Shown one piece after another: positions 1-11,319 of a stretch of DNA of 35,800 nucleotides (the first letter of the stretch is position 1; each line of letters opens with the position of its first letter). Location: positions 37,407,103 to 37,442,902 of the forward strand of contig NC_068996.1 in the NCBI RefSeq assembly GCF_001194135.2, in the 5' to 3' direction. The translations under genes and the position numbers were made by a program. The notes under the pieces are model-generated. The model made no database searches, was not told the origin of the DNA, and was given only the letters and a program-made list of their open reading frames with translations. The stretch is from Octopus bimaculoides (lineage: Eukaryota).

Positions 1-296
1 ACCGCCTGACTGGCCTTGTAGGGTTTTCGAGCGAGATCGTTGCCAGTGCCCCCTGGACTGGCTCTTGTGCGGGTGGCACATAAAAGACACCATTTCGAGC
101 GTGGCCGTTTTCGTGCGGGTGACACGTAAAAGCACCCACTACACTCTGAGTGGTTGGCATTAGGAAGGGCATCCAGCTGTAGAAACTCTGCCAAATTAGA
201 TTGGAGCCTGGTGTAGTCATCCGGTTGCACCAGTCCTCAGTCAAATCGTCCAACCCATGCTAGCATGGAAAGCGGACTTTAAACGATGATGATGAT
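1..296 (+). mobile_element. RTE-LINE-type 3' end (or SINE sharing that tail) ending in (GAT)n
   Basis: Core tggttggcattaggaagggcatccagctgtagaaac and tail ccaacccatgctagcatggaaagcggac..gatgatgat. The same sequence follows RT-coding fragments at 27070-27860 and 29255-31797. Confidence 0.75.
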
Positions 297-453
297 ATAT
301 ATATATATATAATAGAGGGGTTTAGTTCACAGGTGATCTAAACGGATGGCTATGCTGGGTAAGTGCTCTGTAACAGATTACCAGGGTTCAAAGCCCATAA
401 CTGAGACAGGAGTTATGGAACTATTGTAGAATTCCGATACAGCAGATATAAAA

Positions 454-505
454 TCTTACACTTGTTTCTGGGATATTCCAAAAACGTGGAATACCCCATC
501 ATCTC
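454..505 (-). ncRNA. Degenerate hammerhead ribozyme copy (core GAGAUGA)
   Basis: Reverse complement reads GAGATGA-T-GGGGTATTCC-loop-GGAATATCCC-A-GAAA-C-AAGT-G-TA-AGA. C3/U4 are lost, so it is probably inactive. Confidence 0.5.
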
Positions 506-513
506 ACCATCTC

Positions 514-570
514 TCTCCGATGATGGGATATTCCACATGTTTTTGGGATATCCCAGAAACAGCTGTAAGA
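514..570 (+). ncRNA. Minimal type-I hammerhead ribozyme (U4>C variant)
   Basis: TCT-CCGATGA-[T-GGGATATTCC/GGGATATCCC-A stem II]-GAAA-C-AGCT-G-TA|AGA. Palindromic stem III ACAGCTGT, GUA site at 565-567, 3-bp stem I. Confidence 0.65.
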
Positions 571-677
571 CTTTAAAAATTGCTTAATAATTTTTTATAA
601 TAATAACATGTATCACTTGAGATGTCTTGCCTTGGTGTTTGTTTTCCATTTTAACAAATTTATATATATATATATAA

Positions 678-1009
678 TCCAAGAAAGTTAGTGGTTGTGA
701 ATCCAACCCACTAAGGGATAATATGTATCCGTACCTCTATTTCATCCATTTCATCAATCAATTACTCCAGCTTACCGGAGTTATATAGATAGAATGAGGC
801 AAGTCACCACTAGACTGAAACAGCTGTAAGTCATTGTCCCATTTTTGGTCGCTAGATGTCCTTTTTAATTACTGATATGACATAATATGTCACATGTGTT
901 TGTATATTGTTTTTATTGTCCTCTTAGTTGAAAAATAAACAGGCAAATTGACATAATACAATGTCTGCAAGTTGATGAGTACCACATATTCCCCTCCATT
1001 TTTTTATTG

Positions 1010-1010
<1 letters not shown>
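678..1010 (+). mobile_element. Penelope-pLTR-like fragment between (TA)n tracts
   Basis: Contains AGTC/GACT stem + GAAACAGCTGTA (817-828) without an intact CUGANGA. Closely related inverted copy at 19292-19568. Confidence 0.5.
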
Positions 1011-1041
<31 letters not shown>

Positions 1042-1575
1042 NNNNNNNNNNNNNNNNNNNNNNNNNNNNNNNNNNNNNNNNNNNNNNNNNNNNNNNNNNN
1101 NNNNNNNNNNNNNNNNNNNNNNNNNNNNNNNNNNNNNNNNNNNNNNNNNNNNNNNNNNNNNNNNNNNNNNNNNNNNNNNNNNNNNNNNNNNNNNNNNNNN
1201 NNNNNNNNNNNNNNNNNNNNNNNNNNNNNNNNNNNNNNNNNNNNNNNNNNNNNNNNNNNNNNNNNNNNNNNNNNNNNNNNNNNNNNNNNNNNNNNNNNNN
1301 NNNNNNNNNNNNNNNNNNNNNNNNNNNNNNNNNNNNNNNNNNNNNNNNNNNNNNNNNNNNNNNNNNNNNNNNNNNNNNNNNNNNNNNNNNNNNNNNNNNN
1401 NNNNNNNNNNNNNNNNNNNNNNNNNNNNNNNNNNNCCATGCCATATTTTTTTTTTTATCTAATTAAAACAATAGTTCATTCTTTGATAATTCAAAAATTA
1501 TAAATTTATGAACGAAAACTCATTCCTTCCAGTATTTGCACTTTTTATAGAATTTTAAATTTATGAAAGTGCAAG

Positions 1576-1608
<33 letters not shown>

Positions 1609-1977
1609 AGAATTTACGAAAAAAGCAACAGACGAAGACAGGTGGTGTAATCAACAGATGGATGCACATGCACACACACACACATACTGTTGTTATTATG
1701 TTAAACTGCTGTATGTTCAAATTTGGCCAATTGGGTTTTTTTTTTTGGTTTTTTTTCAATATTTATTTTTGCTTGTAATAGCCGGTTCTTTTGCTTGTAA
1801 TAGCCGGTTCTTCTACTCTATCTCCAGCTGCTTCAGATGCCAAGATATCAAAAATTGTCAAAGTGTAGTACAACAGTTTTGCTACGGAATGGTGAAGCTC
1901 TTTTTTCATTTTTCGAAAAAGCAAGGTTTTGGAATTAGGACACTTTCACATAATAGCAATGATGTATATATATATAG

Positions 1978-2480
1978 ACGCAGGAATGGCTGTGTGGTAA
2001 GAACCTTGCTTCCTAACCACATGGTTCCGGATTCAGTCCCACTGTGTGGCACCTTGGGCAAGTGTCTTCTACTATAGCCTTTAGCCGACCAAAGCCTTGT
2101 GAATGGATTTGGAAGACGGAAACTAAAAGAGGTCCGCCATATATATATATAATAATAATAATATTAGGGATAAAATCCAAAATTGCAGGTAAAAACTCAA
2201 AATCAATTTATTAAAAATTAAAATTAAATTAAGTTTCACAGTATTAACTATATATAAATACATATATTTATATATATATATGTGTGTATGTATGTGTTTG
2301 TTGTTTGTGTCTGTCTTTGTCCTCACACCATCACTTGGCAACCGATGTTGGTGTGTTTACATCCCCATTACCTAGCGGTTCAGCAAAAAGAGAACAATAG
2401 AATAAGTTCTGGGGTTGATTTATTCGACTAAAGGTCGTGCTCCAGCATGGCTACAGTCAAATGACTGAAACAAGTAAAAA
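1978..2480 (+). mobile_element. tRNA-derived CORE-type SINE (head, (TA)n, tail) with a Penelope terminal fragment at about 2150-2250
   Basis: A box tggctgtgtggtaag, B box ccggattcagtccc, CORE-like accttgggcaagtgtctt, family tail ...ccagcatggctacagtcaaatgactgaaacaagtaaaa. 2150-2250 is the reverse complement of 8075-8168. Confidence 0.8.
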
Positions 2481-3939
2481 GGTGTGTGTATGTCCGTGCA
2501 ACATCTATATTCTTCCCTGTGCATGTAAAATTTTGTATCCCTGCCGTATTACTTCCACACATGCCAGCTTAATTTAATTTGTCATTAGTCGAAAGACATC
2601 TGTTGCTATGTCCTGTTATTTGTATTTGTGTAACTTTCTCCGTTTTTTTTTCTGTCTTTGTTTGCGTACACATTCGCTGCTTTCTTCCAAGGAATCTAAT
2701 GTTCTTAGCTTAGTTTTTCCTTGGGGCTGGCCAGGTTGGAGCAATCTCGAGTATAACCAGCCAAAATTGCAAAGATGATCTGAAACTGGACTGAGGAAAG
2801 AAAACTCCGAATGACTCGTCCTTGTTTTCTTTGTGTCATCCATCTGGATGTTTTGTTGTCCCTTTCTTGTATCACCTAACTGTCTGGATGTTTTGCGTTC
2901 TTGTCCCATTTTGTATTTATATATANNNNNNNNNNNNNNNNNNNNNNNNNNNNNNNNNNNNNNNNNNNNNNNNNNNNNNNNNNNNNNNNNNNNNNNNNNN
3001 NNNNNNNNNNNNNNNNNNNNNNNNNNNNNNNNNNNNNNNNNNNNNNNNNNNNNNNNNNNNNNNNNNNNNNNNNNNNNNNNNNNNNNNNNNNNNNNNNNNN
3101 NNNNNNNNNNNNNNNNNNNNNNNNNNNNNNNNNNNNNNNNNNNNNNNNNNNNNNNNNNNNNNNNNNNNNNNNNNNNNNNNNNNNNNNNNNNNNNNNNNNN
3201 NNNNNNNNNNNNNNNNNNNNNNNNNNNNNNNNNNNNNNNNNNNNNNNNNNNNNNNNNNNNNNNNNNNNNNNNNNNNNNNNNNNNNNNNNNNNNNNNNNNN
3301 NNNNNNNNNNNNNNNNNNNNNNNNNNNNNNNNNNNNNNNNNNNNNNNNNNNNNNNNNNNNNNNNNNNNNNNNNNNNNNNNNNNNNNNNNNNNNNNNNNNN
3401 NNNNNNNNNNNNNNNNNNNNNNNNNNNNNNNNNNNNNNNNNNNNNNNNNNNNNNNNNNNNNNNNNNNNNNNNNNNNNNNNNNNNNNNNNNNNNNNNNNNN
3501 NNNNNNNNNNNNNNNNNNNNNNNNNNNNNNNNNNNNNNNNNNNNNNNNNNNNNNNNNNNNNNNNNNNNNNNNNNNNNNNNNNNNNNNNNNNNNNNNNNNN
3601 NNNNNNNNNNNNNNNNNNNNNNNNNNNNNNNNNNNNNNNNNNNNNNNNNNNNNNNNNNNNNNNNNNNNNNNNNNNNNNNNNNNNNNNNNNNNNNNNNNNN
3701 NNNNNNNNNNNNNNNNNNNNNNNNNNNNNNNNNNNNNNNCTCTCTCTCTCTCTCTCTCTCTCCCAAAATGTTTACAATATAGTTAATTGTCTTATTATGA
3801 TTTAAGTTATATTAATTTTAATTTTCATTCATGATTTTATAAATAAAACTTTCATTCATGTTTTTATATCTCTTTATTCTATTCTTTTTCTTTACGCAAT
3901 ATCTTCACACGATTTCTTTTTAATGAACGCTTAGTTCTG

Positions 3940-4385
3940 AATTTAATATCTAAAATTTTTTGTTTAAACTATAGTATTGTTGAGATAAGTATTGCTTTTA
4001 TCTTCATTAATTTTGTTAAATGATTTTCTATCATTGTTTGGAAAAATATGTATTTTTATATTAATTCAATTGATATTTTAATGTTAGCCAATACCTTATT
4101 TAACACTAAGTTAATAGTATTAAGTTTATCATTTTAGTTTAAACCAAAACTTCGATTAGATTAGTGTTGCATTTATTTCCAATAATATTGTTTAATATTT
4201 CTTTATGATTTATGAGATAAATAAGTGGTTTTTTAATATAATTTCTTTGATTATTAGTTAATATTCTAATTAAGGTTAAGTTAATAGTACAACACTTATA
4301 ATTTTATTTAAACTAAAGATTTGATTAGATAAATTTTGTATTTCTTTTCAATAATTTTGTTAAATGTTTTTTCTTTTATTTAATG
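3940..4385. repeat. Degenerate AT-rich tandem repeat, about 3 copies, period 169-175 bp
   Basis: Anchor tttaaac at 3963, 4138 and 4307 with similar flanks (gttaatagta, ttagat, ataatttgttaaatg variants). Confidence 0.5.
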
Positions 4386-4489
4386 GTGATATAGTTGTTT
4401 GGATCTTTCTGAATTGATGGGCGTGGTGAAACACTTTCAAACTTCGTATACTCGTATATTTTGTGTTATAGAACAGATAAAAATTTTTG

Positions 4490-4994
4490 TATTCGAAGTT
4501 ATTTCATGTAAAAAAATTGTCGTATTTCGGTAATTTCAACCAATCACTGGCGTTTATTGAGGTGAAAATAATTACTGCCGTGGAATGTAAACAACATGTG
4601 CTAATGGTGTCATGGGATCTTTTCCCTTGAATAAAATTAGTGCCGTTGTTTATCAACAACTATCGGTGGTACTGTTATTTATGACATCGTTCGTGCGTTT
4701 GTACTGGTTTTAGCTTTAGGATTTTAGGGTTAGGGTTCGGGTTTTAGAGTTAGGGTTAGGGTTATGATTATTTTTGCCATAACCTCACTCATAACCCTAA
4801 CTCTAAAACCCGAACCCTAACACCCTAAACCCTTACTAGGAAATAACGATATAATTACCAAGGAATAACGATCTTGACACTAGCAAAAATTATTGTTTAC
4901 AAAAACAGCAGTAACTGTATTCAGCTGAATAGACGTCAGTGATTGGCTGAAATTACAGAAATACGACAACTTTAACATGAAATAACTTGCAATA
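4490..4994. mobile_element. MITE-like foldback element with about 100-bp imperfect TIRs and an internal inverted telomeric-repeat hairpin
   Basis: Left 4490-4594 (gttatttcatg..gtcgtatttcggtaatttcaaccaatcactgg) is the reverse complement of right about 4890-4994. Internal TTAGGG-type arm about 4716-4767 and CCCTAA-type arm about 4789-4833. Confidence 0.75.
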
Positions 4995-5908
4995 TAGAAA
5001 GTTTTGTTAAGAAGGCTAAGAGAAAAAGNNNNNNNNNNNNNNNNNNNNNNNNNNNNNNNNNNNNNNNNNNNNNNNNNNNNNNNNNNNNNNNNNNNNNNNN
5101 NNNNNNNNNNNNNNNNNNNNNNNNNNNNNNNNNNNNNNNNNNNNNNNNNNNNNNNNNNNNNNNNNNNNNNNNNNNNNNNNNNNNNNNNNNNNNNNNNNNN
5201 NNNNNNNNNNNNNNNNNNNNNNNNNNNNNNNNNNNNNNNNNNNNNNNNNNNNNNNNNNNNNNNNNNNNNNNNNNNNNNNNNNNNNNNNNNNNNNNNNNNN
5301 NNNNNNNNNNNNNNNNNNNNNNNNNNNNNNNNNNNNNNNNNNNNNNNNNNNNNNNNNNNNNNNNNNNNNNNNNNNNNNNNNNNNNNNNNNNNNNNNNNNN
5401 NNNNNNNNNNNNNNNNNNNNNNNNNNNNNNNNNNNNNNNNNNNNNNNNNNNNNNNNNNNNNNNNNNNNNNNNNNNNNNNNNNNNNNNNNNNNNNNNNNNN
5501 NNNNNNNNNNNNNNNNNNNNNNNNNNNNNNNNNNNNNNNNNNNNNNNNNNNNNNNNNNNNNNNNNNNNNNNNNNNNNNNNNNNNNNNNNNNNNNNNNNNN
5601 NNNNNNNNNNNNNNNNNNNNNNNNNNNNNNNNNNNNNNNNNNNNNNNNNNNNNNNNNNNNNNNNNNNNNNNNNNNNNNNNNNNNNNNNNNNNNNNNNNNN
5701 NNNNNNNNNNNNNNNNNNNNNNNNNNNNNNNNNNNNNNNNNNNNNNNNNNNNNNNNNNNNNNNNNNNNNNNNNNNNNNNNNNNNNNNNNNNNNNNNNNNN
5801 NNNNNNNNNNNNNNNNNNNNNNNNNNNNNNNNNNNNNNNNNNNNNNNNNNNNNNNNNNNNNNNNNNNNNNNNNNNNNNNNNNNNNNNNNNNNNNNNNNNN
5901 NNNNNNNN

Positions 5909-7418
5909 TAGATTATATTAATTCTAAATTTAAATCTAGAAAAGAACCCCTGTATAATAGGGATTTGCAGATTTTAGAGGATAATATTTGGAAGGTAGTG
6001 AAAAATATTAAATTTCAAAAATACCCAAATAGACATAATGATTATTTAAGAAATCTAGCTATTAAAATAAAACAATTTAGAAATATGGATGGAATTATAG
6101 TACAATCAGATAAAACTAGGAACCTGTATGAACTATATGTCAAATTACATGATTACCTATTAGAGAAAGAAATTAATAAAAAATATAAAATTGTTCCGGA
6201 TAATACTTTATGTTCTATAAATAAGGCCTCTAAATTAATAATGTTAAAATATGAATTAGATAATAAGACTGAAACTTATGTAACTCTGCACCCTAGAATT
6301 ACTTTGAAAGACCATAAGGATAATTTTTATTCTGACCCTAAAGTTAGGCTTATTTGTCCATGTAAATCAGATCTAGGTAAATTAAGTAAGATCATTTTAG
6401 ATAAATATATTAATAGATTAAATGATTTTAATTACCTTAAATTATGGAATAGTACTATAGATACTTTAAAATGGTTTAATATTAAAGATAAAAATAGTTA
6501 TAAATTTATTCAAATAGATATTGATAATTATTATTCTTCTATTAATGAGATTGTACTTAATAAGGCCCTAATTTATGCAATGAAAAAGGTAGGTATGACT
6601 TATGATGAAGTCAATGTAGTTAAAATGGCTAGGAAATCGTTGATTAAATATAATAATAAGTTGTGGGCTAGGAAAGATACTAGGGACTATTTTGATATAC
6701 CAGTGGGGGCACCCGATTCAGGACAGGTAACTAATTTAGTAGGTATATATTTATTATCAGAACTTCAACTTGAAAACTTAAAATTGGAGGGTGGTTTATA
6801 TAGGGATGGCCTTTTATTGCTAAGACTTGTACCAATAGAACACTAGAATGATATAAGAAGAGAATATACATTTTTTTCAAAAGAAATGGATTAAAGATTA
6901 CTATTTATAATGAGAACTATAATATAAATTATTTAGATGCTAATTTTAACTTATCTACAGGTAATACCCAACCTTTCCATAAGATTAATGAAAATATTAA
7001 ATACATTTATGCGAAAAGTAATCACCTACCTTCAATTAAAAAATCATTAACATTTACTATAGGTAAGAGAATATCATTACTTTCTTCCAATTATAAAAAA
7101 TTACATAAACATAATTGTAATGGAGACAACAATAGATTTAAATTTATATCTTTTAATGATAATAATAAATACAATAATATCTATAATAAGAACAAACTTT
7201 GGCTAATCATTCCATATGGTGTTCAAGTTAACTAACATTATCAAGGAAATTTTAAAAGTTATTGATATATTCCTTTGAGATAATAAAAAATATTACATCT
7301 TTTCTACTAATAATTTTGGTGTAAGTTATTCTACTACTAATAATGTTAGTAACATTATCTCTTCTTTTAATAGATTTAAGTTAAATAAGTATTATAAATA
7401 TAAATTAAATACTTATTC

Positions 7419-7450
<32 letters not shown>

Positions 7451-8166
7451 TGGACCAGGATATAATTAATTGTACATGTAGAGATAAGACTAAATGTAAA
7501 TTTAATAATAAATGCAATTTGAAGGATGTCGTGTATAAATGCAAAGTGACTTTAATGGACAGGAATAAACATAATGGTTATATTTTAAATAAGATTCATA
7601 TAGGATCGACTTCTAATAAAACTAAATTACAGGTGGCTCAACATATGCACTCCTTTAAGAATAGAAATTTGATTAATTCTACTGGCCTTAATAAATATAT
7701 TTGGGAACTTAAATCTAAAAATATTAAGTACATTTTACAATAAGAGATAGTTTGTAAGGCGAAATCCTATCGTATAGGTAATAATTTTTGTAATTTATGT
7801 ACTAATGAATTAAGGAGATATTATCTATTTTTGAATAGAATTGATTTTCGATCGATTTAATCAATTTGAATATATTTTATTTTCTATTTGAAAACTTGGT
7901 TATGAAACATGTGTAGTCGTTTTATTATCTTTAACTTATGATATTTACTTTGTATTATATTATACTTATCTATCGTGTTTTACTTATTAATTTTTCTATA
8001 TGTGACTGTGGATTTTCATGGATGAGTTCATGAACTTTGGTTCTTTTCTCTAATACTATATATTTATATATTTTATACTGTGAAACTTAATTTAATTTTC
8101 ATTTTTGATAAATTGAATTTGAGTTTTTACTTGTAAATTTGGATTTTTATCCCTAATATTATTATC

Positions 8167-8168
<2 letters not shown>
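5909..8168 (+). mobile_element. Decayed Penelope-like retroelement (RT, CxCx5Cx5C linker, GIY-YIG endonuclease, 3' pLTR); Naiad-like
   Basis: RT motifs FIQIDIDNYYSSI, FDIPVGAPDSG..LVGIYLL, GLYRD-GL (frameshift in the catalytic motif). CTCRDKTKCKFNNKC, VVYKC, HIGST and FCNLC in 7450-7830. Multiple stops. Confidence 0.88.
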
Positions 8169-8230
<62 letters not shown>

Positions 8231-8789
8231 ACAGGAATTAATCTTCTCTCTTTGCTCCTTTGCACCACATGGGTTCAACTCCCCTCCCCTCCTCTCTTCA
8301 TCTGACACATACTTCCTCTCTTCATTCTTACCCACCTCTTCTCTCCTCTCTTGCCCTGACACCTATTTCTTCTCTTCACTCCTACCCACTTCTTCCTTCA
8401 TTGATACCCTTCCACCCATACCCACACATCTCACTACCACATGCCTCACCCCTACCTCCACACTCCACCTGCACCTCACCCTCACATCCCCACACCACTA
8501 TACCACATCACACTACTCTACACACACTAGCACTGAACACTTCCTAGTATCCACATCATATACACACCCACACATTACAGACACACATACTTACGCACAC
8601 ATCCACATGTCAAAGTCACTAGCCTTTATCCACATGCACACGCTTACTCTCACATACATACACACATGCACACCTTCATTTTGGGATCACCAGTACTTTA
8701 CTATCTCTCCTTCTTCCTTGCTCTCCTGTCCAACTACTTTTTTGCAACCAATCGCCATGATTGATCGCTAAATCCACAAGTTTTTTTCA

Positions 8790-8945
8790 TTCTCTCTCTG
8801 TTTATTTCCTTGTGTTCGTTTCTGTTGAAGAGCGTAGGCTCGAAACTTAAATGACTTTCTCACCTTTCTGGGCCTCAAACTAATATACCAGCTTGTTGCT
8901 TATACACCTGTCTTCATCTTCAGTTTTTCTGTAAATTTCAACTAT
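8790..8945 (+). mobile_element. Penelope-pLTR-like terminus with degenerate hammerhead-like motif
   Basis: CTGTTGA-A-GAGC-GTAG-GCTC-GAAAC at 8822-8846. Homologous inverted copies at 32215-32395 and (terminus only) 1606-1660. Confidence 0.5.
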
Positions 8946-9037
8946 CTTTCGGAGTGTAGTATATATACATGCATGCATGCATGCATGCATGCATGCATGC
9001 ATGCATACATACATACATACAGACAGACAGACAGAGT

Positions 9038-9164
9038 AGCCATGGCTGTGTGCTTAAGAAGTTTGCTCTCCTGCCATATGGTTGTGGATTCAGCCCCCAG
9101 AACTCCCAAACCTGATGAAGGCTTCATAAGTAGTTTTGAAACTGAAAGAAGCCTGTCAAATATA

Positions 9165-9165
<1 letters not shown>
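9038..9165 (+). mobile_element. CORE-type SINE head whose central part is replaced by a CTGATGA-containing segment
   Basis: Head catggctgtgtgcttaagaag and end gaaactgaaagaagcctgtc match the family. The CORE segment is absent. Confidence 0.6.
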
Positions 9166-9199
<34 letters not shown>

Positions 9200-9200
<1 letters not shown>

Positions 9201-9556
9201 GCTTCCGTGCTGGTGGCATGTAAAAAGCACCATTTGAGCGCGATGGTTTCCAGCTTCGCCTTACTGGCACTTGTGCTGGTGGCATGTGAACAAAACATTG
9301 GAATGACTCCTGTGCAGGTGGCATGTAAAAAACACCATTTGAGCATGGCTGTTGCCAGTACCGCTGGACTGGCCCTCGTGCCGTTGGCACGTAAAAAGCA
9401 CCCACTACACTCAGAGTGGTTGGCATTAGGAAGGGCATCCAGCTGTAGAAACTCTGCCAGATCAGATTGGAGCCTGGTGTAGCCATTGGGTTCGCCAGTC
9501 CCCAATCAAATCATCCAACCCATGCTAGCATGGAAAACGGACGTTAAATAATGATG
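9200..9556 (+). mobile_element. RTE-type 3' end with internal gtgctggtggcatgtaaaaagcacc repeats
   Basis: Close homolog of 1-296. Confidence 0.75.
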
Positions 9557-10308
9557 GTATTAGTTGGTAACAGGAAGAGCATCCAGCCAACAAAAATCTA
9601 CCTCAATAACTCTGACCAACCCTTGCAAGCATGGAAAAGTAGATGTTAAAACAGTAAGGGTAGCAACAGTACAATATAAGCTCTTATTCATGCTGACCCG
9701 GTTAACAATCATTATGGCAACTAATTAAAATATCTTTTGTTATTTCCTGTGCCCATTGGCTAAGCAATGTTTTGTGACATGGCATTTGATTGTCACTTTG
9801 TCACCGAAACTAAACAATGGAATATCAAGCTAAGAGTTTTCGTATTGTCACTTGACTCAAAGAAATAGCTAAATTACCCTCCAGTTTGCTGCCTCTTCTT
9901 GAGGGGGACTGAGATACATCCTAAATATACTGAGACTGGGAAAGAAAAAGCAATGACTTGCCTGTTCATAACTGGAATGTGTTTGATCCTAGATCTGCTT
10001 GATAACCTCTTACCTGGAGTTAAACAGCAATGGGATGTCAGCCTTTGGGTTTTTGTTTTGTAAATAGTACTTTGCTTCAGAAATCATTATATTCTATTCT
10101 TCATCTAAAGGGAGTGCCTGAAATTACCAAGTATGACCATCATCATCATCAGTTAATATTGTACAATATAACTCATGTTCGTCAATGTTTTGTAAATATA
10201 CAAACTACAGGACAATACTTTGCAAATCAGTGAACTCCATTAGAAATGTGGGTGATAGAAGGAAAGAATAGTCTTAAAGCAAGTTAATCTATGACTTTGT
10301 ATGTATCA

Positions 10309-10351
<43 letters not shown>

Positions 10352-10677
10352 CCTCTTCTACTCTTACTCTCTATATTATATGTTGAGCACGTGATCGATG
10401 TGTAAGAACACCGGTACAGGTAGAAGGGAAGAAATATAAAAGTTGCTAGAAACAACAGCCAAATCTCCCTTAAATCACACAAAGTAAATGGAATTTTAAA
10501 AATCTAATTACTGCACTGGAAAGTTCACATCAAGAAAATTCCATTGATGTAAAAAATTTTACAAAAAAGTGGAAAATGTGAATTTCTATAAACTTTTAAA
10601 AAGGCTTCACACAGATACACAAGTTCAGCTTTATATATTAAGATAATTCATTCCCTTTTTTTTTTTTTTTCTTTCAG

Positions 10678-10890
10678 TTAAAAGAATATGTGTTCAGTAT
10701 TCGTAAAGCAGCCAACACGCTAATTAATGCCATTTCACCTGTAAGTGGAACCCACTTGAAGGATAAACTAACCAAATTAACAATGCTTGTTCAGGGACAG
10801 ACAATTGAGGTTTCCAATAAGCATATCTCTACAAAAGAACAACCCGAAGGAATCACTTATGCTATATTCTTTATTGCAAAAATGATAGTT
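10678..10890 (+). CDS. GLE1: GLE1 coding exon (third from last): LKEYVFSIRKAANTLINAISPVSG...IAKMIV
   Basis: Poly-T tract + ctttcag acceptor (AG 10676-10677), 71 open codons, gtaagt donor at 10891. Aligns by eye with human GLE1 ...[39 protein letters not shown]...KLAEKFV. Phase 0/0. Confidence 0.9.
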
Positions 10891-10944
10891 GTAAGTACAT
10901 GTTTCATTTTCTGATAAACATTTATTTATTTATTGTGTGTGTGT

Positions 10945-11285
10945 TGCTGTGTGGTAAGAAATTTGCTTGCTTTCCAACCACATGCTTCTGGGTTCAGTTC
11001 TCACTACATGGCACTTTGTACATGTGTCTTCTACTATAACAGTGCACCGGCCAATGCCTTGTGAATAGATTGGTACATGGAAGCTGAAAGAAACCCATCT
11101 TTTTATATATGCATGCATGCATGTGTGATTGTTTCCCCACCACCACTTAACAACTGGTGTTGCTGTGTTTACATCCCTGTAACCTGGCAGTTATTACTAG
11201 AGTCAATTTGTTCAACTAAAATTCTTCAAATTCAAGGTGGTGCTCCACATTGGCCACACTCTAATGACTGGAACAAGTAAAAGAT
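10945..11285 (+). mobile_element. CORE-type SINE, head + tail
   Basis: gctgtgtggtaagaa..gggttcagtt head; tail ..caaggtggtgctccacattggccac..aatgactggaacaagtaaaag. Confidence 0.75.
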
Positions 11286-11319
11286 AAAAGATGATAAAGA
11301 ATAAAGATATTTTTTTAGT

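Larger units (their letters stand above)
311..661 (+). mobile_element. Short non-coding Penelope-pLTR/retrozyme-like unit with tRNA-like head and inverted hammerhead pair
   Basis: Flanked on both sides by (TA)n. A-box-like TGGCTATGCTGG (347-358), B-box-like GGTTCAAAGCC (385-395), inverted repeat 454-503/519-570. Confidence 0.6.

Noticed and set aside
790-835. Functional hammerhead at GAAACAGCTGTA (817-828; also about 19475-19490, 22645-22656 and GAAACATGTG near 7904)
   Set aside because: No CUGANGA box at the required position in these copies; at most decayed remnants.
2785-2825. CTGAGGA..CTCCGAAT..GTCC as a hammerhead
   Set aside because: No GAAA/NUH geometry, and stem II is weak.
4716-4833. 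Ancient telomere-telomere chromosome fusion site
   Set aside because: Arms are only about 50 bp and are enclosed by long TIRs, which a mobile foldback element explains better.
7450-7830. Selenocysteine recoding as reported for some Naiad elements
   Set aside because: The visible Cys positions use TGT/TGC. The stop at 7741-7743 is TAA at a Trp position, which indicates decay.
10030-10620. Additional upstream GLE1 exon
   Set aside because: No frame with both plausible splice sites and recognisable GLE1 similarity.
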